A program made the translations under genes and the position numbers. The notes under the pieces are model-generated. The model was not told the DNA's origin. It searched no databases and worked only from the letters and a program-made list of their open reading frames with translations. Below, in pieces: positions 16,962-26,072 of a DNA stretch of 41,597 nucleotides. The stretch lies in IMG/VR virus record IMGVR_UViG_640753023_000007; one strand, written 5' to 3'. The stretch comes from a virus. Its lineage: Duplodnaviria > Heunggongvirae > Uroviricota > Caudoviricetes. The first letter of the stretch is position 1, and the number at the start of each line of letters is the position of its first letter.

Positions 16962-17458
16962 TGCCTCCATCATTACGAAAAGCCGTTGCTGCTGCTATTG
17001 GTGGCGGAGCAATTGCTATAGCATCAGTGTTAATCACTGGCCCAAGTGGTAACGATGGTCTGGAAGGTGTCAGCTACATACCATACAAAGATATTGTTGG
17101 TGTATGGACTGTATGTCACGGGCATACAGGAAAAGACATCATGCTCGGTAAAACGTATACCAAAGCAGAATGCAAAGCCCTCCTGAATAAAGACCTTGCC
17201 ACGGTCGCCAGACAAATTAACCCGTACATCAAAGTCGATATACCGGAAACAATGCGCGGCGCTCTTTACTCATTCGTTTACAACGTGGGTGCTGGCAATT
17301 TCAGAACATCGACGCTTCTTCGCAAAATAAACCAGGGCGATATCAAAGGCGCATGTGATCAGCTACGTCGCTGGACATATGCTGGCGGTAAGCAATGGAA
17401 AGGTCTCATGACTCGTCGTGAGATTGAGCGTGAAATCTGTTTGTGGGGTCAGCAATGA
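16961..17458 (+). CDS. R: SAR endolysin (lysozyme with N-terminal signal-anchor-release domain)
   Basis: 165-aa ORF with Gly/Ala-rich hydrophobic N-terminus ([20 protein letters not shown]) followed by lysozyme domain; matches phage 21 R. Confidence 0.9.
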   Translation: MPPSLRKAVAAAIGGGAIAIASVLITGPSGNDGLEGVSYIPYKDIVGVWTVCHGHTGKDIMLGKTYTKAECKALLNKDLATVARQINPYIKVDIPETMRGALYSFVYNVGAGNFRTSTLLRKINQGDIKGACDQLRRWTYAGGKQWKGLMTRREIEREICLWGQQ

Positions 17459-17916
17459 ACAGAGTAACCGCGATTATCTCCGCTCTGGTTATCTGCATCA
17501 TCGTCTGCCTGTCATGGGCTGTTAATCATTACCGTGATAACGCCATTACCTACAAAGCCCAGCGCGACAAAAATGCCAGAGAACTGACGCTGGCGAACGC
17601 GGTAATTACTGACATACAGATGCGTCAGCGTGATGTTGCTGCGCTCGATGCAAAATACACGAAGGAGTTAGCTGATGCGAAAGCTGAAAATGATGCTCTG
17701 CGTGATGATGTTGCCGCTGGTCGTCGTCGGTTGCACATCAAAGCAGTCTGTCAGTCAGTGCGTGAAGCCACCACCGCCTCCGGCGTGGATAATGCAGCCT
17801 CCCCCCGACTGGCAGACACCGCTGAACGGGATTATTTCACCCTCAGAGAGAGGCTGATCACTATGCAAAAACAACTGGAAGGAACCCAGAAGTATATTAA
17901 TGAGCAGTGCAGATAG
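17455..17916 (+). CDS. Rz: Rz i-spanin
   Basis: Track ORF 17443-17916; ATG at 17455 overlaps the endolysin stop; N-terminal TM segment then coiled-coil-like region. Confidence 0.85.
   Translation: MNRVTAIISALVICIIVCLSWAVNHYRDNAITYKAQRDKNARELTLANAVITDIQMRQRDVAALDAKYTKELADAKAENDALRDDVAAGRRRLHIKAVCQSVREATTASGVDNAASPRLADTAERDYFTLRERLITMQKQLEGTQKYINEQCR
17675..17857 (+). CDS. Rz1: Rz1 o-spanin lipoprotein, embedded in Rz in the +1 frame
   Basis: 60-aa ORF with lipobox (LVVVGC) and proline-rich mature region; GAAGGAG upstream of ATG. Confidence 0.8.
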   Translation: MRKLKMMLCVMMLPLVVVGCTSKQSVSQCVKPPPPPAWIMQPPPDWQTPLNGIISPSERG

Positions 17917-17947
17917 AGCTGCCCATATCGATGGGCAACTCATGCAA

Positions 17948-18241
17948 TTATTGTGAGCAATACACACGCGCTTCCAGCGGAGTATAAATGCCTAAAGTAA
18001 TAAAACCGAGCAATCCATTTACGAATGTTTGCTGGGTTTCTGTTTTAACAACATTTTCTGCACCACCACAAATTTTTGCTGCATCGACAGTTTTCTTCTG
18101 CCCAATTCCCGAAACGAAGAAATGATGGGTGATGGTTTCCTTTGGTGTTACTGCTGTAGGTTTGTTTCCAACAGTAAACGTCTGTTGAGCACATCCTGTA
18201 ATAAGCATTGCCAGAGCGGCAGAAAACAACATTTTTTTCAT
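17948..18241 (-). CDS. bor: Bor lipoprotein (serum resistance)
   Basis: Track ORF 17948-18289; start at MKKMLFSAALAMLITGCAQQ (lipobox LITGC); 97 aa; matches lambda Bor. Confidence 0.9.
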   Translation of the reverse strand: MKKMLFSAALAMLITGCAQQTFTVGNKPTAVTPKETITHHFFVSGIGQKKTVDAAKICGGAENVVKTETQQTFVNGLLGFITLGIYTPLEARVYCSQ

Positions 18242-18721
18242 CTTATTATCCTGCATTGTTAAAAACGGCAGAATCCTATGTGACAACAATTAAACGATAG
18301 TTAAATGGATTGATGAAAATTAAAACTACACAGGTGGGCTCAGACTATTGGAGGAAGTTGGGGACACTCAGAATCCTGTGGAATGAAATAAACCGGTCTA
18401 TCCGTCCATTACCCTTTTAGCTGCGCTGTATCGTCGCCGTATTCCCGCATTAACCATGACCGTAGCCCGACGGGGAATTCCTTCTGCGTGAGTGTGCGGG
18501 AATAATTAAAAACGATGCACACCGGGTTTTTACCGCGTTAATGATTCGCGGGTTTATCCCGGTGCGATGGTGGAAGAAACAGGAAGCTGTATTACAGAAA
18601 GTGCTACTACTGTATCCCGATGCGATGTATGTAATGTGAGTCAGATAATGGCACAGGATGTGGTGATGTGGCAGTCTGGAACACAGGATATATTGTCAGA
18701 ATAAGACCCGTAGGAATAAAA

Positions 18722-19048
18722 ATGAAAAGACGCCTTTTACTACTTTTTCTGTTATCTGTCCTGGCAGTGGGATGCTCGCAGCAAAAAGCTGATGAGCCCC
18801 GGCAATTAGTGACGGTGTATCCACGATATCCGGAATATGCTGCAGCAAATTATATCAAGGGGCTGGTTGAGGTTAAGTTCGATATTGGTGCTGATGGGAC
18901 TGTGACACGGATCGTTTTTCTCCGCTCAGAGCCTCATAATTTGTTTCGTGATGAAGTGGTGAAGGCCATGGCGAAATGGCGATTTGAAAAGAATCGCCCC
19001 TGTCAGGGAGTGAAGAGACAATTTATCTTTACGCCGTCACGTCCTTGA
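18722..19048 (+). CDS. Lipoprotein with TonB C-terminal-like domain (moron)
   Basis: Track ORF 18668-19048; start at MKRRLLLLFLLSVLAVGCSQ (signal peptide plus lipobox) preceded by AGGA; body resembles TonB-C fold pattern (YPRYPEYAAANYIKGLVEVKFDIGADGTV ... VKAMAKWRF). Confidence 0.55.
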   Translation: MKRRLLLLFLLSVLAVGCSQQKADEPRQLVTVYPRYPEYAAANYIKGLVEVKFDIGADGTVTRIVFLRSEPHNLFRDEVVKAMAKWRFEKNRPCQGVKRQFIFTPSRP

Positions 19049-19170
19049 TGCTTCCAGGTAGAGAGGGGCTGGAAGCAGGAGAAAAATGAAAGAGCCAGCG
19101 GTTATATTTTTGTCATGGCTGACGAGGAATGATGGAAGAAGGCGTTGTATGCCACACAACGCCTCACTGT

Positions 19171-19524
19171 TCATTTCTTCTTTTTCTCTGGTGGAACCCG
19201 ATGAATAAGAGTTGCACTGGTTTCCGATGAGATGGCGATATACTCGGGCAAAGTATGCTGGCAGTTTTCCAACTGGTCAAAAATACCTGCTCTCGTCTGT
19301 TGCAATGCCTGCAGCATGCGGCGGCAATGCGCCTTGCTTTTACTAACCATCTTTCCTTCCTCTATCAGTCGCTGCGTGAACTCATCATGGAATACCAGGT
19401 AAATGCGGATGTTATCGGTTTTGGCTACGCAGCATAGTACAAAACGGACAGGTGCATCCCGGGACGGGGGAGGCGTCACATGTCCCTGTGATGGTTGTTC
19501 CGGGTAATGTACTGTGTGGGGCAT
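19171..19524 (-). CDS. Hypothetical ORF, possibly the 3-prime part of the same disrupted gene
   Basis: 117-aa ORF in another frame overlapping the previous ORF by about 113 nt; no motif recognised. Confidence 0.25.
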   Translation of the reverse strand: MPHTVHYPEQPSQGHVTPPPSRDAPVRFVLCCVAKTDNIRIYLVFHDEFTQRLIEEGKMVSKSKAHCRRMLQALQQTRAGIFDQLENCQHTLPEYIAISSETSATLIHRVPPEKKKK

Positions 19525-19663
19525 AAAAATGTCCGATAATTTTACTTTCTACCGCAGTTAGTTGATTCGTTGGTCCTGGTAGCACATTGGGCGAGGATTT
19601 AAATGCCAGGCAACTGAAGGATGATGTCGCAAGGGAGATAGCGAGAATATTTCTGATTTTCAT
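19412..19663 (-). CDS. Hypothetical secreted Cys-rich protein (83 aa from internal Met)
   Basis: Track ORF 19412-19732; internal start MKIRNILAISLATSSFSCLA looks like a signal peptide; may be the 5-prime part of a gene disrupted by frameshift (see findings). Confidence 0.3.
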   Translation of the reverse strand: MKIRNILAISLATSSFSCLAFKSSPNVLPGPTNQLTAVESKIIGHFYAPHSTLPGTTITGTCDASPVPGCTCPFCTMLRSQNR

Positions 19664-19908
19664 TTGATGATGCCTCTGTGTGAAATGACGGTAAACGACG
19701 CACTTGTGCCGGCACATAATAGCAAGCACCATAATAGATCAGATTCGATTCTTGCTGTAAGTCAGGGAAAATCGTGTCGGTACTTCTCGAATATAACTTT
19801 TTGTTTTTTTTAATATTGCATCCGTAAAGGTCCGACATGAAAGTGTCCGAAAATGCCTTTTTCTGGCGTTTTCATGTCGGGCCTTGTATTTGATAATGGG
19901 TTGTTTTC

Positions 19909-20457
19909 ATGAAGGTTAATAAAAAGAGGCTTGCCGAAATTTTCAACGTGGACCCGCGGACGATTGAACGCTGGCAGTCTCAGGGACTCCCTTGCGCCTC
20001 CAAAGGTAGTAAGGGCATTGAATCTGTATTTGATACTGCCATGGCAATTCAGTGGTATGCGCAGAGGGAAACTGATATCGAAAACGAAAAGCTCCGCAAA
20101 GAACTGGCCGATTTGCGTGCGGCAGCGGAGTCAGATTTACAACCCGGCACCATTGACTATGAACGCTACCGGCTCACAAAAGCGCAGGCAGATGCGCAGG
20201 AACTGAAAAATGCCCGTGAAGACGGAGTAGTGCTGGAAACTGAACTGTTTACCTTCATTCTGCAACGTGTGGCACAGGAGATTTCGGGGATACTTGTGCG
20301 TGTGCCGTTGACATTACAGCGTAAATATCCGGACATTTCACCATCACACCTTGATGTGGTGAAAACTGAAATCGCGAAAGCCTCCAATGTTGCAGCTAAG
20401 GCCGGTGAAAACGTGGGCGGGTGGATCGATGATTTCAGACGCGCAGAAGGCAGCTAA
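19909..20457 (+). CDS. nu1: Terminase small subunit (Nu1 homologue)
   Basis: 182-aa [31 protein letters not shown]... with conserved middle region ([47 protein letters not shown]) matching lambda Nu1; N-terminal DNA-binding part divergent. Confidence 0.9.
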   Translation: MKVNKKRLAEIFNVDPRTIERWQSQGLPCASKGSKGIESVFDTAMAIQWYAQRETDIENEKLRKELADLRAAAESDLQPGTIDYERYRLTKAQADAQELKNAREDGVVLETELFTFILQRVAQEISGILVRVPLTLQRKYPDISPSHLDVVKTEIAKASNVAAKAGENVGGWIDDFRRAEGS

Positions 20458-22357
20458 TGCAGCCGGTGCGATAGCTACAGGGCTTTTATCTCTCATTATT
20501 CCTGTTCCACTGACGACAGTTCAGTGGGCCAATAAACATTATTACCTTCCTAAAGAGTCGTCTTATACCCCGGGGCGATGGGAAACACTGCCGTTTCAGG
20601 TTGGCATCATGAACTGTATGGGCAACGATCTGATTCGCACGGTTAACCTGATTAAATCTGCCCGTGTTGGTTATACAAAGATGTTGCTGGGAGTGGAGGC
20701 TTATTTTATTGAGCATAAATCACGCAACAGCCTTCTTTTTCAGCCCACGGACTCAGCTGCTGAAGATTTTATGAAATCTCATGTTGAGCCAACGATAAGG
20801 GATGTTCCTGCATTGCTGGAGCTGGCTCCATGGTTCGGAAGAAAACACCGCGATAATACGCTCACCCTGAAGCGTTTTTCCTCCGGTGTGGGGTTCTGGT
20901 GTCTGGGTGGTGCGGCAGCAAAAAACTACCGTGAAAAATCCGTGGATGTGGTCTGTTATGACGAGCTTTCCTCGTTCGAACCGGATGTTGAAAAAGAGGG
21001 TTCGCCAACCCTGCTGGGGGATAAACGTATTGAGGGCTCTGTATGGCCAAAATCCATTCGCGGCTCGACGCCTAAAATCAAAGGCTCCTGCCAGATCGAA
21101 AAAGCCGCTAACGAGTCGGCACACTTCATGCGTTTTTATGTGCCCTGTCCGCACTGTGGGGAGGAGCAGTATCTGAAATTTGGCGATGATGCCTCGCCTT
21201 TCGGTCTTAAGTGGGAGAAGAATAAGCCAGAAAGTGTTTTCTACCTTTGTGAGCATCATGGCTGTGTGATCCATCAGTCTGAGCTTGACCAGAGTAACGG
21301 GCGGTGGATCTGTGAAAACACGGGCATGTGGACCCGTGACGGCCTGATGTTTTTCAGCGCCCGGGGTGATGAAATTCCGCCGCCGCGCTCCATCACTTTC
21401 CATATCTGGACGGCGTACAGTCCGTTCACCACCTGGGTACAGATTGTCTATGACTGGCTGGATGCACTGAAAGATCCCAACGGCCTGAAAACCTTTGTGA
21501 ACACCACGCTGGGCGAGACCTGGGAAGAGGCTGTGGGCGAAAAACTCGATCACCAGGTGCTGATGGATAAGGTTGTGCGTTACACGGCGGCGGTGCCTGC
21601 CCGGGTGGTTTATCTGACGGCGGGCATTGACTCGCAGCGAAACCGTTTTGAGATGTATGTCTGGGGATGGGCTCCGGGAGAGGAAGCCTTTCTGGTGGAT
21701 AAAATCATCATTATGGGGCGTCCCGATGAGGAAGAGACGCTGTTACGTGTGGATGCGGCGATCAACAAAAAATACCGCCATGCAGACGGAACCGAAATGA
21801 CCATTTCCCGTGTCTGCTGGGACATCGGGGGGATCGATGGCGAAATCGTTTATCAGAGGTCAAAAAAACACGGTGTTTTCCGGGTGCTGCCGGTAAAAGG
21901 CGCATCTGTCTATGGCAAGCCGGTGATCACCATGCCAAAAACCCGCAATCAGCGGGGCGTGTATCTGTGTGAAGTGGGGACGGACACCGCAAAAGAAATT
22001 CTCTATGCCCGTATGAAAGCCGATCCCACGCCTGTGGATGAAGCCACGTCGTATGCTATCCGTTTTCCTGATGATCCGGAGATTTTTTCGCAGACAGAGG
22101 CGCAGCAACTGGTCGCGGAAGAGCTTGTGGAGAAGTGGGAAAAAGGAAAGATGCGTCTGCTGTGGGATAACAAAAAGCGGCGTAACGAAGCGCTGGACTG
22201 CCTGGTGTATGCCTACGCGGCATTACGTGTGTCCGTGCAACGCTGGCAGCTTGATCTGGCTGTACTGGCAAAATCCCGGGAAGAAGAGACGACCCGGCCA
22301 ACCCTTAAAGAACTGGCAGCGAAGCTGTCCGGAGGAGTGAATGGTTACAGTCGCTGA
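20429..22357 (+). CDS. A: Terminase large subunit (gpA)
   Basis: Track ORF 20387-22357; ATG at 20429 overlaps nu1 3-prime end; long stretches match lambda gpA ([25 protein letters not shown], endonuclease and ATPase regions). Confidence 0.95.
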   Translation: MISDAQKAANAAGAIATGLLSLIIPVPLTTVQWANKHYYLPKESSYTPGRWETLPFQVGIMNCMGNDLIRTVNLIKSARVGYTKMLLGVEAYFIEHKSRNSLLFQPTDSAAEDFMKSHVEPTIRDVPALLELAPWFGRKHRDNTLTLKRFSSGVGFWCLGGAAAKNYREKSVDVVCYDELSSFEPDVEKEGSPTLLGDKRIEGSVWPKSIRGSTPKIKGSCQIEKAANESAHFMRFYVPCPHCGEEQYLKFGDDASPFGLKWEKNKPESVFYLCEHHGCVIHQSELDQSNGRWICENTGMWTRDGLMFFSARGDEIPPPRSITFHIWTAYSPFTTWVQIVYDWLDALKDPNGLKTFVNTTLGETWEEAVGEKLDHQVLMDKVVRYTAAVPARVVYLTAGIDSQRNRFEMYVWGWAPGEEAFLVDKIIIMGRPDEEETLLRVDAAINKKYRHADGTEMTISRVCWDIGGIDGEIVYQRSKKHGVFRVLPVKGASVYGKPVITMPKTRNQRGVYLCEVGTDTAKEILYARMKADPTPVDEATSYAIRFPDDPEIFSQTEAQQLVAEELVEKWEKGKMRLLWDNKKRRNEALDCLVYAYAALRVSVQRWQLDLAVLAKSREEETTRPTLKELAAKLSGGVNGYSR

Positions 22358-22547
22358 ACTGCAGGCGCTGCGTCAGGCGCGCCTTGATTTATTAACCGGT
22401 AAACGGGTGGTGTCTGTCCAGAAAGATGGTCGCAGAATTGAATATACGGCGGCTTCTCTGGATGAGCTTAACCGGGCGATCAATGATGCGGAGTCGGTAC
22501 TGGGGACAACCCGGTGTCGCCGTCGTCCGCTGGGAGTGAGGTTATGA
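22341..22547 (+). CDS. W: Head-tail joining protein W
   Basis: 68-aa ORF; TGKRVVSVQKDGRRIEYTAASL matches lambda gpW. Confidence 0.85.
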   Translation: MVTVAELQALRQARLDLLTGKRVVSVQKDGRRIEYTAASLDELNRAINDAESVLGTTRCRRRPLGVRL

Positions 22548-24136
22548 AACGAACGCCTGTCCTGATTGATGTGAACGGCGTTCCGCTTCGTGAGAGTCTC
22601 AGCTACAACGGGGGCGGTGCAGGATTTGGCGGGCAAATGGCTGAGTGGTTGCCACCGGCGCAGAGTGCCGATGCGGCCCTGCTGCCCGCGTTGCGTCTGG
22701 GGAATGCCCGGGCAGATGATCTGGTGCGCAATAACGGAATAGCGGCTAATGCGGTGGCTCTGCATAAGGATCACATTGTCGGGCATATGTTTCTGATCAG
22801 CTACCGTCCGAACTGGCGCTGGCTGGGGATGCGGGAGACCGCAGCAAAAAGCTTTGTCGATGAGGTGGAGGCGGCCTGGTCGGAATACGCCGAAGGGATG
22901 TTTGGCGAGATCGACGTGGAAGGAAAACGCACGTTCACGGAATTTATCCGTGAAGGTGTGGGCGTTCATGCGTTTAACGGCGAAATCTTTGTGCAGCCGG
23001 TCTGGGATACGGAAACCACGCAGTTATTCCGTACGCGTTTTAAAGCCGTGAGTCCGAAACGGGTGGACACGCCTGGACACGGTATGGGGAACCGTTTTCT
23101 GCGGGCCGGTGTGGAGGTCGATCGATATGGCCGTGCCGTCGCGTACCATATCTGTGAGGATGATTTTCCGTTCTCTGGTAGTGGACGATGGGAACGGATC
23201 CCGCGTGAACTTCCCACCGGGCGTCCGGCCATGCTGCATATTTTCGAGCCGGTGGAGGACGGGCAGACCCGTGGGGCTAATCAGTTTTACAGCGTCATGG
23301 AACGGCTGAAGATGCTCGATTCCCTGCAGGCAACACAGCTTCAGTCGGCCATAGTGAAGGCGATGTATGCAGCGACGATTGAAAGTGAACTTGATACCGA
23401 AAAGGCCTTTGAATATATCGCCGGCGCGCCACAGGAGCAGAAGGATAATCCGCTTATTAATATTCTGGAGAAGTTTTCCAGCTGGTATGACACGAATAAC
23501 GTGACACTGGGCGGTGTCAAAATTCCGCACCTTTTCCCTGGTGATGATCTGAAACTACAGACTGCGCAGGATTCAGACAATGGATTTTCTGCGCTTGAAC
23601 AGGCGCTGCTGCGGTATATCGCCGCCGGTCTTGGCGTTTCCTACGAACAGTTGTCCCGTGATTACTCGAAGGTCAGTTACTCAAGTGCCCGCGCCTCCGC
23701 CAATGAGTCGTGGCGCTATTTTATGGGGCGGCGAAAATTTATTGCGGCCCGGCTGGCCACGCAGATGTTTTCCTGCTGGCTGGAAGAGGCACTTCTTCGG
23801 GGGATTATTCGTCCGCCACGGGCACGTTTTGATTTTTATCAGGCGCGATCAGCCTGGTCACGGGCAGAGTGGATTGGTGCCGGAAGAATGGCCATTGACG
23901 GGCTCAAGGAAGTCCAGGAATCAGTGATGCGCATTGAGGCCGGACTGAGCACGTATGAGAAAGAGCTGGCGCTGATGGGCGAGGATTATCAGGACATTTT
24001 CCGCCAGCAGGTCAGGGAATCTGCTGAGCGGCAAAAAGCCGGACTCTCACGTCCGGTGTGGATAGAGCAGGCGTATCAGCAGCAGATAGCGGAGAGTCGC
24101 AGGCCGGAAGAGGAGACAACACCACGTGAGACGTAA
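22544..24136 (+). CDS. B: Portal protein (gpB)
   Basis: Track ORF 22514-24136; ATG at 22544 overlaps W stop (ATGA); matches lambda portal. Confidence 0.95.
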   Translation: MKRTPVLIDVNGVPLRESLSYNGGGAGFGGQMAEWLPPAQSADAALLPALRLGNARADDLVRNNGIAANAVALHKDHIVGHMFLISYRPNWRWLGMRETAAKSFVDEVEAAWSEYAEGMFGEIDVEGKRTFTEFIREGVGVHAFNGEIFVQPVWDTETTQLFRTRFKAVSPKRVDTPGHGMGNRFLRAGVEVDRYGRAVAYHICEDDFPFSGSGRWERIPRELPTGRPAMLHIFEPVEDGQTRGANQFYSVMERLKMLDSLQATQLQSAIVKAMYAATIESELDTEKAFEYIAGAPQEQKDNPLINILEKFSSWYDTNNVTLGGVKIPHLFPGDDLKLQTAQDSDNGFSALEQALLRYIAAGLGVSYEQLSRDYSKVSYSSARASANESWRYFMGRRKFIAARLATQMFSCWLEEALLRGIIRPPRARFDFYQARSAWSRAEWIGAGRMAIDGLKEVQESVMRIEAGLSTYEKELALMGEDYQDIFRQQVRESAERQKAGLSRPVWIEQAYQQQIAESRRPEEETTPRET

Positions 24137-25631
24137 TCTTTCACACATTATTGCCGCAGCATTCAATGAACCGCTGCTTCTGGAGCCCGCCTATGCGCGG
24201 GTTTTCTTTTGCGCGCTCGGGCGCGAGATGGGGGCAGCAAGTCTTTCGGTACCACAACAGCAGGTACAGTTTGATGCTCCCGGAATGCTGGCTGAAACGG
24301 ACGAGTACATGGCCGGAGGTAAACGACCGGCCCGTGTTTACCGGGTGGTGAACGGTATTGCTGTACTGCCGGTGACCGGCACGCTGGTGCACCGGCTGGG
24401 TGGTATGCGGCCATTTTCCGGAATGACAGGCTATGACGGCATTGTCGCCTGTCTTCAGCAGGCAATGGCGGATAGCCAGGTGCGGGGCGTACTGCTGGAC
24501 ATTGACAGTCCGGGCGGGCAGGCCGCCGGCGCGTTTGACTGCGCTGACATGATTTACCGCCTCCGTCAGCAGAAGCCGGTCTGGGCACTGTGCAATGACA
24601 CGGCCTGTTCTGCAGCCATGCTGCTGGCGTCGGCCTGCTCCCGACGGCTGGTTACCCAGACATCCCGTATCGGCTCCATTGGCGTGATGATGAGCCATGT
24701 CAGCTATGCCGGTCATCTGGCGCAGGCCGGTGTGGATATCACGCTGATTTACTCAGGGGCGCACAAGGTGGATGGCAATCAGTTTGAAGCGTTGCCGGCA
24801 GAGGTTCGCCAGGACATGCAGCAGCGGATTGATGCGGCGCGCCGGATGTTTGCCGAAAAAGTGGCGATGTATACCGGTCTGTCTGTTGATGCCGTCACGG
24901 GAACAGAGGCTGCCGTTTTTGAAGGTCAGTCCGGCATTGAGGCCGGGCTGGCGGATGAATTAATCAATGCGTCGGATGCCATCAGTGTGATGGCCACGGC
25001 GCTGAACAGTAATGTCAGAGGAGGCACTATGCCGCAATTAACTGCAACGGAAGCCGCCGCGCAGGAGAACCAGCGAGTGATGGGGATCCTGACATGCCAG
25101 GAAGCGAAAGGACGTGAACAGCTTGCCACGATGCTGGCAGGACAACAGGGCATGAGCGTTGAACAGGCCCGGGCGATTCTGGCCGCGGCGGCACCGCAGC
25201 AGCCGGTGGCATCCACGCAGAGTGAAGCCGATCGCATTATGGTGTGTGAAGAAGCGAACGGTCGTGAACAACTGGCGGCAACGCTGGCGGCGATGCCGGA
25301 GATGACGGTGGAAAAAGCCCGCCCGATCCTGGCTGCTTCACCGCAGGCGGATGCCGGACCATCACTCCGTGATCAGATCATGGCACTGGATGAGGCAAAA
25401 GGGGCTGAGGCGCAGGCTGAACAGCTGGCTGCCTGCCCGGGAATGACAGTGGAGAGCGCCCGGGCTGTGCTGGCTGCGGGATCAGGTAAGGCAGAACCGG
25501 TCTCTGCATCCACAACCGCCATGTTTGAACATTTCATGGCGAACCATTCACCGGCAGCGGTACAGGGTGGCGTGGCACAGACGTCAGCAGACGGTGATGC
25601 GGACGTGAAAATGCTCATGGCCATGCCATGA
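24126..25631 (+). CDS. C: Head maturation protease / scaffold fusion (gpC, S49 peptidase family)
   Basis: 501-aa ORF; N-terminal protease region matches lambda C (AFNEPLLLEPAYARVFFCAL ... KVDGNQFEALP); C-terminal part contains three degenerate repeats. Confidence 0.9.
   Translation: MRRNLSHIIAAAFNEPLLLEPAYARVFFCALGREMGAASLSVPQQQVQFDAPGMLAETDEYMAGGKRPARVYRVVNGIAVLPVTGTLVHRLGGMRPFSGMTGYDGIVACLQQAMADSQVRGVLLDIDSPGGQAAGAFDCADMIYRLRQQKPVWALCNDTACSAAMLLASACSRRLVTQTSRIGSIGVMMSHVSYAGHLAQAGVDITLIYSGAHKVDGNQFEALPAEVRQDMQQRIDAARRMFAEKVAMYTGLSVDAVTGTEAAVFEGQSGIEAGLADELINASDAISVMATALNSNVRGGTMPQLTATEAAAQENQRVMGILTCQEAKGREQLATMLAGQQGMSVEQARAILAAAAPQQPVASTQSEADRIMVCEEANGREQLAATLAAMPEMTVEKARPILAASPQADAGPSLRDQIMALDEAKGAEAQAEQLAACPGMTVESARAVLAAGSGKAEPVSASTTAMFEHFMANHSPAAVQGGVAQTSADGDADVKMLMAMP
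25029..25631 (+). CDS. nu3: Candidate Nu3-like scaffold protein from in-frame internal start within C
   Basis: In-frame ATG at 25029 (MPQLTATEAAAQENQRVMGIL) preceded by AGGAGG; same nested arrangement as lambda C/Nu3. Confidence 0.5.
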   Translation: MPQLTATEAAAQENQRVMGILTCQEAKGREQLATMLAGQQGMSVEQARAILAAAAPQQPVASTQSEADRIMVCEEANGREQLAATLAAMPEMTVEKARPILAASPQADAGPSLRDQIMALDEAKGAEAQAEQLAACPGMTVESARAVLAAGSGKAEPVSASTTAMFEHFMANHSPAAVQGGVAQTSADGDADVKMLMAMP

Positions 25632-25667
25632 AGTCAGTGCTGACCATCAATAGGAGGTTTTTACAAT

Positions 25668-26015
25668 ATGGTGACGAAAACCATCACTGAACAGCGTGCG
25701 GAAGTACGTATTTTTGCCGGTAATGATCCGGCTCATACCGCCACAGGCAGCAGCGGGATTTCCTCGCCAACACCGGCACTGACGCCCCTGATGCTGGATG
25801 AAGCCACCGGGAAACTGGTGGTCTGGGACGGACAGAAAGCCGGTAGTGCGGTTGGCATACTGGTACTGCCGCTTGAAGGCACAGAGACGGCGCTGACGTA
25901 TTACAAGTCGGGAACCTTTGCGACGGAGGCAATCCACTGGCCTGAAAGTGTGGATGAACACAAAAAGGCCAACGCCTTTGCTGGCAGTGCCCTGAGTCAC
26001 GCGGCGCTGCCGTAA
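25668..26015 (+). CDS. D: Head decoration protein D
   Basis: 115-aa ORF; NDPAHTATGS, TPLMLDEATGKLVVWDG and YYKSGTF match lambda gpD. Confidence 0.9.
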   Translation: MVTKTITEQRAEVRIFAGNDPAHTATGSSGISSPTPALTPLMLDEATGKLVVWDGQKAGSAVGILVLPLEGTETALTYYKSGTFATEAIHWPESVDEHKKANAFAGSALSHAALP

Positions 26016-26072
26016 CACGTTATCAGGCCACCGCGGTGGCCTGACTGATTTCTGAATGAAAGGAACTGATTT

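Noticed and set aside
19700-19908. Canonical lambda cosN (GGGCGGCGACCT) expected upstream of nu1
   Set aside because: Not found by eye in this interval; recorded as absent rather than annotated. A full computational search of the window is still needed.
20753-21553. 266-aa minus-strand ORF inside the terminase large subunit gene
   Set aside because: Fully contained antisense to a strongly supported gpA homologue.
24141-25624. Minus-strand and alternative-frame ORFs within the C/Nu3 gene
   Set aside because: Overlap a confident protease/scaffold reading frame; GC-rich region produces long accidental open frames.
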